64,000 bases of DNA. Origin: Phoronis australis (Eukaryota; Animalia; Phoronida). Made by a program: the position numbers and the translations under genes. Location: assembly GCA_002633005.1 (NCBI GenBank), contig NMRA01000143.1:5402-69401 (forward strand). Direction: 5' to 3'. Below the pieces are notes generated by a model. That model did not search any database and had not been told where the DNA came from. It saw only the letters and a program-made list of their open reading frames with translations. Of this stretch, positions 37,635 through 52,028 are shown piece after piece; position 1 is the first letter of the stretch, and every line of letters starts with the position of its first letter.

Positions 37635-38595
37635 AATTCCAGAAATAATGCCAAACTACATCGTTATAGCCTCAACACTATGGCTCAGGGTCTAATTCCA
37701 GCAATAATAATATACTACATCCTTATAGCTTCAACACTAGGGCCCAGAATCTAATTCCAGCATTTATACTAAACTACATCCTCATAGCTTCAACACTGGG
37801 GAATAATTCCAGCAATAATACTAAATTACACCCCTACAGCTTCAACACTAGGGTCCAAGGTCTAAGTCCAACAATAATGCCAAATTACATCTTTATAGCA
37901 CCAACACCAGGACCCAGGGTCTAATTTCAGCAATAATACTAAACTACATCCTCATAGCTTCAACACTAGGGTTCAGGGTCTAATTCCAGCAATTATACTT
38001 AACTACATCCTTATAGCCTAAACACTGGGGCCCATTGTTTAATTCCAGCAATAATGTCAAACTCCATCCTTATAGCCTCAACACTAGGGTCCAGGGTCTA
38101 ATTTCAGCAATTATAGTAAACTACATTCTCATAGCTTCAACACTGGCCCAGGGTCTAATTCCAGCAATAATGTCAAACTACATCGTTATAGCCTCAACAC
38201 TATGGCTCAGGGTCTAATTCCAGCAATAATACTAAACTACATCCTTATAGCTTCAACACAAGGGTCCAGGATCTAATTCCCGCAAAAATACTAAACTCCT
38301 TATATCTTCAATACTATGGCCCGGGGTCTAATTCCAAGAATAATGTCAAACTACATCCTTATAGCTTCAACACTAGGGCCCAGCAATAATGCTAAATTAC
38401 ATCCATATAGCTTCAACACACTGAAGCGCCCAGGTTATAAATCCAAAAATAATGCCAAATTACATCTTTATAGCCTCAACACTAGGACCCAGGGTCAAAT
38501 TCCAGCAATAATACTAAACTCCATCCTAACAGCTTCAACACTAGGGTCCAGGGTCCAATTCCAACAATAATGCCAAACTTCATCCTCATAGCTTC
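37635..38595. repeat. Minisatellite, ~59-bp unit, about 16 diverged head-to-tail copies
   Basis: Consensus close to AATTCCAGCAATAATACTAAACTACATCCTTATAGCTTCAACACTAGGGTCCAGGGTCT. Confidence 0.95.
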
Positions 38596-38898
38596 TAATC
38601 CTAATACCTGTATTCGAAACTCGGCTCCAAAATTGAGTAACTGCACGACATACTTCAAGTAAACGTGCAGCGTGATTGGTCAAATTTCCAGTCTGAGTTG
38701 AGTCTGAGTTCACAGATTAGATCCTTGATCCTGGTTAACTATTCAAGTCACCCTCTGCAGTAGAGCTATCTCCCTTTTCGCTAGTACTGAACACCATTGT
38801 TATACCTGACGTTCTCAACATCTCAATGGAGACAAGCCGAGTAATCACTGAATGGCAGTAGCTTAAGAATGGCAGCGGAGAAGGGTCTATATGACATG

Positions 38899-39007
38899 AA
38901 ATATAGTGCAATATTGTGGACATGCAATATAGTGCAGTAGTGTGGACATCAAATATAGTGCAATAGTGTGGACATCAAATATAGTGCAATAGTGTGGACA
39001 TCAAATG
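38899..39007. repeat. 26-bp tandem repeat, about 4 copies
   Basis: AAATATAGTGCAATAGTGTGGACATC repeated. Confidence 0.9.
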
Positions 39008-41741
39008 AAAGAAGGAAGTTAAATTCTGTTGCAGGAGATGTTTTAGCAGTGAAAGAACTCCCTGCTTAATTGTGAATGAGCTTATCCCTCTTTTCTAAAT
39101 CACAAAGAAATTATTGAGAAAAAAAGCTGCAATTAGTTCCAATTTTGTAAGAATTAAAAAACTATGGGACAATTATTAATATGCCTTAAAACTACTAGCT
39201 GTGGGTACATCTACATAAAACTAACTTTAAGATGCAATTATTATAATTTTATGATTATAATATCACACATGAAGGTATTAATTATTATTATTATTATTAT
39301 CATTATTATTGTTATTATTATCATTATTGGGGACAAATAAAACATGTGCCCAATTACATGAAACAGTCAAAAAAAGTGACTCAACAGTGGAAGATCCAGG
39401 ATTTTTTAAAAAAGGTTGAGACCGGATCAAAGATTTTTTAAAATGGTGGTCAGTCAACAAAACTCTAAATTTGATATCACAAAAATCAAAGGAAAACTGG
39501 GGTCCCGGACCCCTCCCCTGGATCCGCCTGTGCTGAAATGAGTTGCCTAAATCTTTTGTGTACTTGTTTCGTTCTTTACTCACAGCTGTTACATTTTTCT
39601 GTCATTTTATCTGTATTACGAACTCCGCAACTAAAACTGAGCCCTTAGGAACTTAGTCCTTGAATTACGAACTCCTCTTTTACTTATGACGTTTTCTTAA
39701 TTCAGTCAAAAATATCGAGAATTCAACGTAGAAAACTCGCATATACGCCACAGTAGATTTAGGGAACATATTTGGGTCTGTTTCATGCAGACAGGCCCTG
39801 GACTCCCAGCATCCGTGCCTGATGGCATCTGAAATGGGTAGTGAATTGGGGAAGGGGTGTGGTGAATGAAACTGGGGCCAAGAGGGGGTGGGGAGTTGAA
39901 AATCAGCAAGAGATAGAAATCCTGCCTGTAGTCCAGTAAATCTGTCACGCATGCCCTCATAAAACATCCAAGATGCCAATTGAATACACAATCCACTTTG
40001 GGTAGTTTTTACGATGCTTTGACTGCATGGGATCACAAGAAATAATACTGAATAAATAAAACACAGTAAATAAATAATAATAGATAAATAGTAATAAATA
40101 AATAATAAACTGTAGATAAAAGAAATATATGATAATATAACAATAATATGATTAGTAAATAAATTGTAATAAGAACTATAATTATCTTTTAGATCGCAAT
40201 GTATTAAGACTGCAGAAAGAAATGCAGTAAAGTAATTAGAAACATCAATGGGTATTAAAATAGACTAGTCAGTAGTTCCCAAAATCATGCAAACTATTTA
40301 CGATAATTTTCTAAATAAGCGATCAAATATAGGGAACAGTAAAGACAAATTAAAATCAAATCACCCAGCCCATCACTGGTTGACTGGCATCAGTTTCACA
40401 CAAAAAAAATCTTTTGTGTCGATTGTGAACAACATCTATCTTAATCAGTAGGGAAACGAAAAAAGCAAAAGTCACGAATTTTCAATTAATTGTTGCTGCA
40501 GTCGTAGGCAGTGCAAAAGGCACTGTTGCTTTTTACCGGCCGTAGACGTCACGTCGAAACTCAAAAACGTTACTCGACATTCATCCCACGGTAATGATTA
40601 AGGGTATGGTAGTACGTAGTATTTATTCTGGATTAAAGATTGAACTCTTTTCGATGACCTTCATAAATTTAACAATCAACCTTGTTCCCAAGTCGGTAAA
40701 TATGGCAGTTATTCTCATATGAAGTCTGCCCAACGCTGTGAGTAACGGTTAATTTTCGTCCCTAGGTCTACGCGATCGTATTGCTCCACGCGTTTACTTT
40801 CTGTGAAATATTATCGGGAACACTTTTATTTACATATTAAGATGTAACAGAAAATGTAATTATTTGTAAAATAAATAAGGAGACTTTAAGACGTAAATAA
40901 ACAAATGAAAAAATAGGAAAAATCAGTACCCTAATAATTAAATTATACAAAAACAAGAAAAATAAAAATGAGAAAACAGAATAGCGCTGAGGACAGACGA
41001 ACAAATTACCAGGAAGTGGACTTACACAGCTCTGGGTCTTGTAAAGATAAGGTTATAGATACTATTACATACGAAGAAGTCGGAAGTACGACAAATTGGA
41101 TCGTAGTTACTAAGTATGAAGAATGCTTACAGAGAGTGGGGTTTCATTCTATTTAGAACAGAGATTGGCATAAGGTTGTAGATAGCAAAACGAAGAATTT
41201 CAAATCTGATGCATGTTCTTAATGACAATTTGTTGGATGGAGGGATTGAAATGTTGGGCAGTACTGTTGGAATAGAGGCATTGGATAAATTTGATTCAAG
41301 TACGTAGAAGTTGTAATGTGTCTGATTGGTTTATAATAGATCTGTCTAATACAGAAGTTGTTTGTGTAGAATGCTTAGATAGCCCTGATACCAACCTTGA
41401 CACTGCCGCAACATCAGTTCCAAATGCACCCAGTAAGACATAATTTGATACTTATGTCATTATTCACTAATTCCGTTTCAGTGAATAATTTTTAAAAACA
41501 TCACCGGACAGTCGGAAGCCGATAATCTTTTTCAGTGGTTTTTCTTGTGGACAAACACCAATGGTATGCATAAAATTAAAGTAGAGACTGGACTGCGTTC
41601 CGTAACCACAAGACACTCAAGGGCTAAACAAGTGGGACCACGAGCTGCGTTTATTAATGCATGGCGATGGTTTGCGCGATCTTGATTTTCTCTCTAGAAC
41701 TTGCTCTACGGAACACAAACGAGTTTAGAGTAAGTATTTTT

Positions 41742-43192
41742 TTAAGTGAAAGTGATATTGAATAACTTGATAATGTTACTTTTCTGTGTTTTGGCGCTGT
41801 AGCAGCTGACACAAAGTCGTCCGTGGTGGTCAAATGTGACGGCCATAGGTTGCAAAATATCCTTCTTCGACAACACAGCACGATGGAATTGGCCGTTAGG
41901 AGTGAGTGAGATTATTCCATCACTACATGCAACATAAATAAAGTCACGTTTGTCCACACATACACCTGCAACCTGTCCGGGGTTAGTGTACATTGTAACT
42001 ANNNNNNNNNNNNNNNNNNNNNNNNNNNNNNNNNNNNNNNNNNNNNNNNNNNNNNNNNNNNNNNNNNNNNNNNNNNNNNNNNNNNNNNNNNNNNNNNNNN
42101 NNNNNNNNNNNNNNNNNNNNNNNNNNNNNNNNNNNNNNNNNNNNNNNNNNNNNNNNNNNNNNNNNNNNNNNNNNNNNNNNNNNNNNNNNNNNNNNNNNNN
42201 NNAGGCGCTGAATGAACCCCGTTTACCGTTTTTTTTTTAGTCAACAGGTCCGCAAACCCAAGAATTCAAGACCCCTGAATCCCCAGAGTTTAGGCTGGGC
42301 GCGCGCATCTGCCGAAATGCTGCTTATTCCTGTGCCCTGCCCCCCCTAATTAAAAAACGTGGATCCGCCCCTGCTACGGGTTGAAACATTATAATTCTCC
42401 TTTCCAAAAAGGACAGGGCCCTCAATCCCTCAAATTTGGGCCCTATTCCCCTCTCAAACATATTGAAATATCACGCGAAATTCAACCCACGAGGCACAAA
42501 AATTCCCCTAGTGAAAAATCTCTCTGAGTTCAAATCACCTGTAACCACACACTGTGAGGTGACAATTTTTAAGAATGAGCACAAAAGGCTACTTTAAACT
42601 GAGGTAGAGCCTATGAGAGCTTGCAACAGGGCGGGGGTGTTATTGAGGTAGATTGTTCCCGCCCTCACTCGGCGAAAAAATCGCCTCTCAGTAGGCACTG
42701 GCACCGTTCCCCTCGGATGAAAGAGGCTCCTGCAGAAACATGGGTGTTTTAATTTTTAAGTTCAACTTGTTCCAGATTGATATTTGAAATCTAACACATG
42801 AAATAGACGTAAGAATTATTACAACCAAGAAAGCATTGATGGTCAAATAATTTTTATTTTCAATTACGAGCCTGGTTTTTTATTTAATAAAAATATATCT
42901 AATAACATCAATTATTCTTTCAGACCAATGACAAAACAACTGTTAGTCCCAGTGAGTGCNCCATTTTATTGCATCCAATCACAGCGACACCATTTTTTGG
43001 AATTTGCATTTCCTGTCGACATATTGGACAAGGGTAATTGTTGTTTCGTGCTCTATTTTTAACGTCATCCTGGAGACATTTCAAACACAAGTTATGACCA
43101 CAGGATAATGTTCTGGGATCTTTTAATGTCTCTGTACAAATGCAGCATTCCAGAAGGTTGTTAACGATTTCATCTCGCAGACTTCTGGCCAT
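41742..43192 (-). CDS. TRIM-NHL-like copy 2, incomplete in the assembly (RING 42961-43192; NHL C-terminus 41742-42001; middle replaced by an N gap and unrelated sequence)
   Basis: N-terminus differs from copy 1 at about 9 of 77 aa; C-terminal 83 aa nearly identical; same acceptor before ATG. Cannot tell pseudogene from misassembly. Confidence 0.75.
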
Positions 43193-44664
43193 ATTGTCTA
43201 CAAAGACATAATTTCAAGAGTAAATGAAGTCATTCATATTTTTTATGTTCATAACGGGTTCCCAAAGAACAATCAATCGGTAATGTAAGAACCAGGGGAA
43301 CTGAATCCCAGCAAAAATCTCCGACTAAGGAGAAATGCCCCGTCACTAGACATTGCCTATTGTCACCCTCCCAATGGCGTAATAACTATTGACGAACATT
43401 CATATTGTTTGGATTCTCGGGTCAGTGACCCTCTTTGTTCTACGATTGTTGGTTTAATTGTACCACGTGATCTCTTTGTCTCGTCGCAACACTGGGCAAT
43501 CGTCTACAATTCTCTCCAAATTTCAGTTTGCACTCAATTTCTCTTTCCCTCCCTCCCTCAACCCAATTTTCCTTACTTCCCTGTTTATCCTTGCCTTCCC
43601 CATGTCGGTGTCCCGGTGTTGCTGTTATGCTTCCGCATATTATTACTTAACTTTCTATTCACCACTTTATATGTATACCTTCATTGCTGCTTGGCAGATT
43701 GTCACCTACCTTTACAGTTTAACATATTATGTAACTTTTGTAATTACCGATATCTGTAGTAGTTTAGTTTGTCATAATATATATGACCTTTTATCTCCTC
43801 TACACGTGTTGTTTCACTGTAAACTAGCTTCGGTATCGCTTCGCAGTTAGCGCATATAAAAGTCTTTTTAAGCATGGTTGGGGACAGTTTATTTTGAATT
43901 CAATCCTGAGGCAGTGCCTACATTAACTTTGCTTTCGTCGCATTTTGTTCTTCGTTGGTCAACATCAGAAGCAGTTTCTTTGTTTTTGGAAATACAGTCG
44001 TTAGACATGTTCCAGCTGGAACGGAGATGAAAGTAGATATACATCGTGTCTTATCTGAAAACACATCCGGGAATTTAAAATCAGGAAGCATTTGTTTTCA
44101 TTTTCGACAAGAATAGCACGTTCTGCCAAAGATATTCAGAGTACTCGTTGTGTAATTTGAAGCCAAACACCAGTAGAAAATGATCTCTTACATCCGAAAA
44201 ACGTTTAAGTTGACTACAATGCATCCTGTTCTATGGGGTCATTATTCTGAAAGAAGTGTTTCGTAACGAAAATTTAACACACACGCGCGCGCGCGTGCGC
44301 CTGCACGCACGCACGCACGCACGCACACACACACATATATCATTTAAATCTGTTGACAAATGGTGTTAGGATAGTAAAACTCTCATGAGGTGAACTTTGA
44401 AACCAATGTAAATTGATTGGATTGACATATAAAGTTCTCACTGTGTTAGAATATACATGTAAATTTAGTGAAAACTCAATAAGTACTTTATCAAAATTTG
44501 ATATGATTTTATTCGCCTTTAAGTTTAGATTATACAATAGAAAAGTAGCACATAGGAGGTAAGCAACATTAACAAATAATTCAATTACTAGTTACTCTAA
44601 TTGAACAACTTAACGACATGCACGCGACCAGGATAACATCAGATCTACGAGGATCATACGCATA

Positions 44665-44696
<32 letters not shown>

Positions 44697-46063
44697 CTTC
44701 GGCGCGCTTTCTCTCTCTCGCGTGCACAAACACACACACACACAGACACACAAACGCACAGACACACACATACACACACGCGCGCGCCTGACATATTTCT
44801 CGGTTTCACATTAATTTAATTTCCCTTTGAAGTCACCGGACATGAAGTCAGGCAGTCTTCTCCGTTTCACATAAATGGGATATAGATGATCACATTCGGT
44901 CATTCTAAACTTCCATACACATCATATCTAATGCACACAGTATTTCAGCGCTAGTCACTCCTTATAGACTCATTTTTATTGTAAAGACATCACTTGATCA
45001 GTGGATCTCGAAAAATACAAGAAATGAAAATTGCAACTGACCGTCATAGATCATGCTCAAACTCATGACCATGTATAACAGTAAGACACGACTATCTAAG
45101 TGGGTGGATGACACTTGACAAAACGGGGATCTGGTGTACTCAAGTCCGCTTTAATCCCTTTGAATGAACCGGAAAAACAAACGACTTTGGCAATGCAGCT
45201 CCATCTTTCAAGGTTTAATCAGAAACATCTCGTGCAGGCATTAGAAACCAAGCTGACTCAACAAAAATTCTTCGGCACGCGACCTAGTCAATGGACCGAA
45301 ACTTCCACTGCATATAGGNTCAGAAACATCTCGTGCAGGCACTAGAAACCAAGCTGACTCAACAAAAATTCTTCGGCACGCGACCTAGTCAATGGTCCGA
45401 AACTTCCACTGCATATAGGCATACGAAGTATTGCGTTGCATGGAATGACTGTACTTTATTATATAATAATGAAAACTTTTTTCCAAGCACATATCTCAGT
45501 GGAATGCACTGTTTGAAACAAGTCGGAGCCAAGCTGTTAGCTTCGTTCGCTTCTGGATAATTTCGCATTATTTTAAAGTAATTGTTAACCTTAGTATATA
45601 ATGTTTTTGAGAATACCTTCGTATGTAATGCTTTTAAATACATCAGTTGCGTAATATTTGAACCTTTTGGTAGGCAACGGAAGGACGTGCGTAGTCTGAT
45701 TGAGGCGTCAGTTGAAAGTGTTGTACCAAGATGAACAAGGGTGTGAAGCTAAACACGTAGCAAACGACGTCACACACTGAAGCATTATTTGCCGGTTTAG
45801 AGGTGATAATGAAGACATCAGGTTAAGACAATGGATATATATTTGAAGACTAAGTACCGAGAGAACTACTTCATTCACAGTTGCAGTATATAACTACGCT
45901 ATTAATACAATATTTCAACACACACTTGTCTTGGTGGTCAAGAAGTTTGTTTCCTACCAACTGAACAGTTTGTGGACAGCCGGTCTATACATGTAAGTTA
46001 GCCATGAATCTGATTTTTACATCAGGCAAATTGCCCTTCCTTTATCAAGAACAACATTGCTTG

Positions 46064-46919
46064 GGACTATTCTAAAACCCCTTTGACCCCACACCACACG
46101 ACCCCCTCAATCCACAACCTCCACGATCCACGACCCACAACCCGTTCGACCCACGACCTGTAGTAATAGATGCATCTTTGCACTTTTTATACATTTCATA
46201 ATCAACTACGTCACAGAATGACTTTCCCATAACACTTACCTACACGCGAATCTGCACTGGCTCAAATCTGATGGTTAAATACGGATTGTGGCGTAAGAAC
46301 ATGTTCTGAAATAGCGAAATGTGAGCATGATATCGTTGTCACGGAAATAGTTCCACGGGAGGCTACCAATTGCCATGTTCTACTTAACTTAGGGAGAGAG
46401 TACATTAACGTCCTCGTTCAAATACTTTTGCATATCACAAATCTCGATATGATAACCACTGGTACATACACGTACGTTGTATAACCTATATATGTTTTTA
46501 TTGTTTGCTTTCTGTTGTATACTCGTTTACAATATACTCCATGTAATGTTGAGGTACTTTTTAGTTAATAATTTGTTTGTATTAACCGAAGAAATTACGT
46601 ATTCGTCGGTTCCTCGTACTCTCCCAAAAAGCTAGAATTTGTCATTTACTGAAGAGCAGACGAAACGATTGCGCTCTGCTGTTAACGACACGTAATGTTG
46701 GAAGGTCTTAGACTTGATTTGGTCGCGTTTTTTTTACTCTCTCAATTGCAAATAAGGCTAAAGCCAGCCGAGCACACGGCCTGACTCGTTGGTCCTGCAA
46801 GTCAGCGCTTGTTCTATGCTCAGATGGACTCGAACTTGTGTAGACTGGCTCGAGGGATTGTGGCCCGTGGGTCGAGGGGGTCGTGGGGTGTGGGGGTTGA
46901 GGGGATTTTAAAGCAGCCC
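46064..46919. mobile_element. Non-autonomous Mutator-like element with C-rich/G-rich TIRs and 9-bp TSD
   Basis: CATTGCTTG at 46055-46063 and 46920-46928; empty site caacattgcttggaat at ~27104 in copy A. Confidence 0.8.
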
Positions 46920-49900
46920 CATTGCTTGGAATGAAAAATAATTACTTGATATAGTGACTGGGACTTAAAGCGGTATCAAAAGTGTATTAGTATGAAATAG
47001 TACCGAACAGGATCCTGTTAAAGCAGATTAAAAATCTCGTGTTAAACCTATAATAACATGATAAAAAGTCTTCATAGTGTCTCGGTGTTATTGTAGAAAT
47101 CTTCTCTCTGATAATCATTCTATGGTGTTAGAATGTTCGAGACAATTCTTAGCATGTTGAGGTACACGCCATGGTGCACGTGCCTGTTTGCGTACTGTCG
47201 TCGAAATGTGGCCATAAGCCACAAGTGGTAAATTGCGAGGCGAAGTACTCACGATAAGTCATCCAACTTCTTAGGGGTCTTTGACTATTCTGTTCAAATT
47301 TGGTTCCAGCATGTGGTTTTGGATCAAGTAATCTCGAGACGGTATTTGCGTTGTTACTTGTTTGAAATATAATGGATACTTACTCAGATGGAGCCGTACG
47401 GATGCTGACGACTGTTAGAGGGCTACCAGCTGCGCAAAGACGGCCAGTGTCGATATTACTCAGCCATGCGTGGCATCGGTGTAGCCGACGTCCGTGGCCA
47501 AGTTTTAATGTAAAGTCACCACTTCGGACACGTCAAATAGCACACCCAGAGAGTTTCTCTACGACAGAGAGCCAAATCTCCACTGTCCGGAATGTCTATC
47601 AAATGCCTTTCATACGGACTTTCCTGGTTTTCGTGAAGGCATAGGAGATCAAGAAAGGATTACCGCTACCGTGTAAAAATAGCCAGGACGGATAGTTGCG
47701 ACAGAATTTTGACTGACCTCTCACAGACTGATTAAACCATAAATTTAAGACCAATTCTCTACGCATAGCGTATTATGGACTTATTAAATGTACTACTTTC
47801 TTCGTAGTTGTATTTGCTCTTTAAGCGAAATTCGATCGCTTTCTTATCGTTAATTTGATTTGAATTTGGTTCCCATAAATCAGTTGGAATGCTCCTAACT
47901 GCTATGCTGCCTTGGCGACAGAAAATGACCCGCCGTGACAAATAGCCATGTTCTGGTGTCAAAAATTACTTTGTTCACAGACGTATTTGCTGCTCCAAAG
48001 CAACTTCTTCGTGTTATTCAATTAACTGATTTGATAGTAGTGGTAATAAAACGCCTGGAATTCACGCGACGCCGGTCATACTGTTTCGGCCTCTGAAACT
48101 AACTTTCTATGTCATGCAAAGTTCATGACCTGAAGTGCTATAATGAACTATACAATCTTTTCATGGCTAAAAACATTTCAAATCCCAGTAAGGGACAACA
48201 CTCTATTATGGTAAACGGTCCCTAATCAAAAGTTGATTTTCTGACAGAAGTCGCGGACTTATTGTCTCATTTAGAGGCCCTCGTGTGAAATAATATTGAC
48301 CAGACAGCTCCTCACAAAATCATAAACAGCAAGAGACTAAACTGGAAATTGATTTTTCACAGAACACGAAAGACGCGGAACCATGGTCGCTAAGGGCCAA
48401 CCTGCACGTGCACGTGCAGTGTGTGTTACTTCTAGTGAGGGCAACGTCAAACAACCAAATTTTGAAAGTGGCGAAATCAGGAAAAATAGATATAGTAAAT
48501 CACGAGAGGTTTTAGTGTCTGGGGTCATCTAGACAGGAAATAAGTTAACTTATCTTGTGATGGCATCAAAACAGGGTTTACTTTCACTGCAGGGTCAAGA
48601 GTGAAATTGTTAAGTGGAACATGAAGAGGAAGGACTGTGCAGCTCAAATAAAACGTTTTAACGTCATAGCAACCTGGCCTGTCACTAAACCGATGTCAAA
48701 AACTTACAAAACTGCACGCGCATAGGCCCATACCTACACATTATCGATAAATTTCACATGCAAAAGCGAACGGCAACTTGAAGACACTTCCCAAAATCCG
48801 CCACAACCAAAAAATCCCTAAAATGGGAAAACAATCGAAGTTGCAACGTAATGTGAAACTAAAAGTGTCCATAACGATTTGACTGACAAATATTTCCCGA
48901 AAGAAAAACTGAAAAGGAATAATTCGTCACACAAGGTCACTAAGTTAAAGTGCATGACAGCTGAAATTCGTGTTTGGGTCCTAATGGTTGCACGATTCTC
49001 GGCATGGGGTCAACCAATCAAGGTCCGGGTCTAATCTTTGTACTCGGAATGGAAATTATTTTTAGCACTATACGGTTTCCTTTTGTGCGAACTCAAGATA
49101 AGTGCATGTTTTTCAGTACTCGAGTATGCTATGATTTTTGCTGTGTCTCGAGATTTAGTCGAAACAATTGACTTGGAATTTCGAGTTCTAACATAAAACT
49201 TTAGGGTACAGAATAACAAGACAATTATGTCGAGTTCCCAAAATATAATTTCGAATATAAGGATTAGTCCCAGGGCCTTGATATCTCAGCTATTCGACCA
49301 GGCGGTACCGGCGCGGAGGACAATCAAGTATACCCGTTGTTACAACATCACACTTCAATGTGGAGAACAATCTCACGACCGTGGTCTCACGCGCATGCGC
49401 CAAGCACACACTTGTGAACTGCAACAAAGAAGTGTAGTACACTCTTTGCTGCAGCGAAGTCTTGAATCCATAAATTTGTACAAGCTGACGTAGGCCTACC
49501 TATATAAAATCAATCATGTGGACTCAGACACATACGTGATGAAAGTTATGCAGGACCTTTCAAAAATGAACAAATTTGACAAACTTCGAAACATCATATC
49601 TCCAAAATAGATGATCAGATTCATATGAAAATTTTAGATTCTATGCTTTAGGTTTCATAGGGCCCAAATTTGGCTGATTTCTGTATATCAATATCTCAGA
49701 AAAAGCGGATTGGATTCTTATGAAACTTTCAGATGCTACGCTTTATGCACTGTTGTCAAAACGCTGTTGGGAAGTTTTCGAAATGTTCCATTTTTGCATG
49801 AAGGGCTGTCAAAATAGGATTTTCACAATTTTCTTGAAAAAAAGTTTAAAGCTACCTGAAACGAAAATGAAATGATATTTTACAAAACTGTAACAGTGTT

Positions 49901-51105
49901 TTTGATATCTCACATTGAACATTTATATCAAATAAATTTTGGTCATTTTTTTGATATCGTTTTTCCTATCAATGTAAATTTTTTCTAAATTTTACTTAAT
50001 AGACTTGGTCGCTTGACGCAAATAATAACAGGTTGATAAAAAGTAAAAATTCAAATTTTGCAGGTTTTCTTCTTTCAGAAAATATATACTTTCACCGAGA
50101 TAAAATACATTATTTCGTTTGTACGGGGAAAATCTGCAGCAGGTTTTGAATTTCTCTTTTTTCCGCCCTCCTACAGAGGATAAACTTTTACTTGAACCTT
50201 CAGAAAATGTATATTGCTTTTTCACCCAATTCCTTTAGCTCTGTGTAGTGAAAACACAAGCCTTTTTCAGCCTCGTCGGATCATACGGCCACAGTTCTCA
50301 GGTACACAAATGGCGTGAGCTGACACGTCATCATCATCTCTTACCATGGTAACATTAGATTATTTGTTGGTACACAAGAGCCATGAGACTTAAACACAAC
50401 TTGTGAATGCAGTGAAGTCAGAAGGCACAAGGTTACTAACAAAATTCTAAGAGAATCCTGCTGTATCACGTGAGTCGAATATATTTTGAGCTCATTCTTA
50501 AACAATCATTGGCACTTCCAACCATATACACAGGAAAGAACTCACCTGTCGTTCCATAGCCTCATGTTCTATAGTACTAAACAGACTATGATTACGTATA
50601 TGTACAACACGACTATATTGTTTACAAAGCATTTAAAATTCCCAAAATCAAAACCTATCAGTGCATTTAAAGCAGGTGTACATATAAAGCAAAAATTAAC
50701 TGTACATCTCTAAACAGTTCAGAAACACAGCAGTTCTACTAGCTTCAAAGCTTCTCTACCACGATCCGTTCTTACAGTAATTGGTTTCTTCACTGCAATT
50801 TATAAAGCATCAGTCAATTCTCATTATACATACAGCGGTGTAGAGAACCCAAAACGTGGTGAGAAATACAATACGGTGAGTGAAATGCGACGGTGATTTT
50901 TACAGTATGTTTAGGAACTACAGGCGGCCTGTTTCATGGAAACTGACTTTAAGAAAGAGAATTTTGGTCTTACGCTTCACATATTTTTGAAAAAATTTTG
51001 AACGTCATTTTAGCAAACGAATTAAGTATCTGAAAATCTGTCCATCAATTTAACTTACTGAGAAATTCTATGTAAGTTATTGCCAGGCAGTGACGTGCTT
51101 ATAAT

Positions 51106-51652
51106 TGGGAGCGTAGCATTGCGTCCCGGGTTCTATGTGGCCGGATACTATCTGTCCAGTTTGATGATTTCGGGTTCTATATGTCCCGGTCTCTTGCGTT
51201 ATAGTCCAGGCGCTAAGCGGACGAATGTGCAAGTTTTAGCTACAATCGCCGTTTTAGCTACACATCATAATTTTGAAGTGCTTTTTTATCCTGATCTATG
51301 ACAAAAATTTATCTCATTCACCCTGATTTGCATACATTTAGTTAGGTCAAAATTTGGCATAATAGGATAAATTACATGCATATCTCTGGAACCACTTGGG
51401 ATCTTTGGGTCGATCCTTACGTTCACAACTACGCCCAATTAATTTTTGACACTTACAATGTCATTAAGGGTCAGGATCACGTGACAATTTCACAGAACCC
51501 GGGACACACAGAACCCCGTCCGATGCACAGAAAACTGGACACGTAGAACTCGGGACATATAAAACCCCGATATGCATAAAACGGGACACATGGAACCCGG
51601 GACACATGGAACCCGGGACACATGGAACCCAAGACACATCGGAATGACCCAT
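51106..51652. mobile_element. MITE-like element with inverted subterminal ~17-bp repeats (GGGACACATGGAACCC)
   Basis: Left cccgggttctatgt repeats mirror right acatggaacccggg repeats; TTATAATT on both flanks. Confidence 0.6.
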
Positions 51653-52028
51653 TTATAATTATATGGCTAAACCTTTAATTGGCAATTGTGAAGTGGAGTT
51701 GTAAGACTAAGTCTTTCATAAAACAGACCCCTGTTGCACATATATATATATAAGGTGGATAAAATAATTCGATAATAAAATATAACGATCATGGGAAATT
51801 GAAAACATCAACGACAACGACAGTAACATTGAAATCGTTAAAATTAATTTTGATACTGGCGAGAAATTCTCATTTCTTCCGTTGCAACAATGATGCATGT
51901 TTTTGCACCTTGTTCAACGATTCGGTCAAACATCAAGCACTTAACTGCAATATGAACGGAGAATGTATCTCGGAAACTTTTCAACCTCAAAGTGCGTTAC
52001 ATCCGTTGATCAATAGTGTAATAGCAGT

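Larger units (their letters stand above)
39340..48070. repeat. Segmental duplication copy B
   Basis: Collinear with 17500-29290, with different transposon insertions. Confidence 0.9.

Noticed and set aside
37635-38595. Regular ~59-bp array as a possible CRISPR
   Set aside because: Units are head-to-tail with no unique spacers, no cas genes, eukaryotic context; a minisatellite
46649-46680. CTGAAGAG-CAGA-CGAAAC as a minimal hammerhead
   Set aside because: Helix III, cleavage triplet and helix I do not pair convincingly
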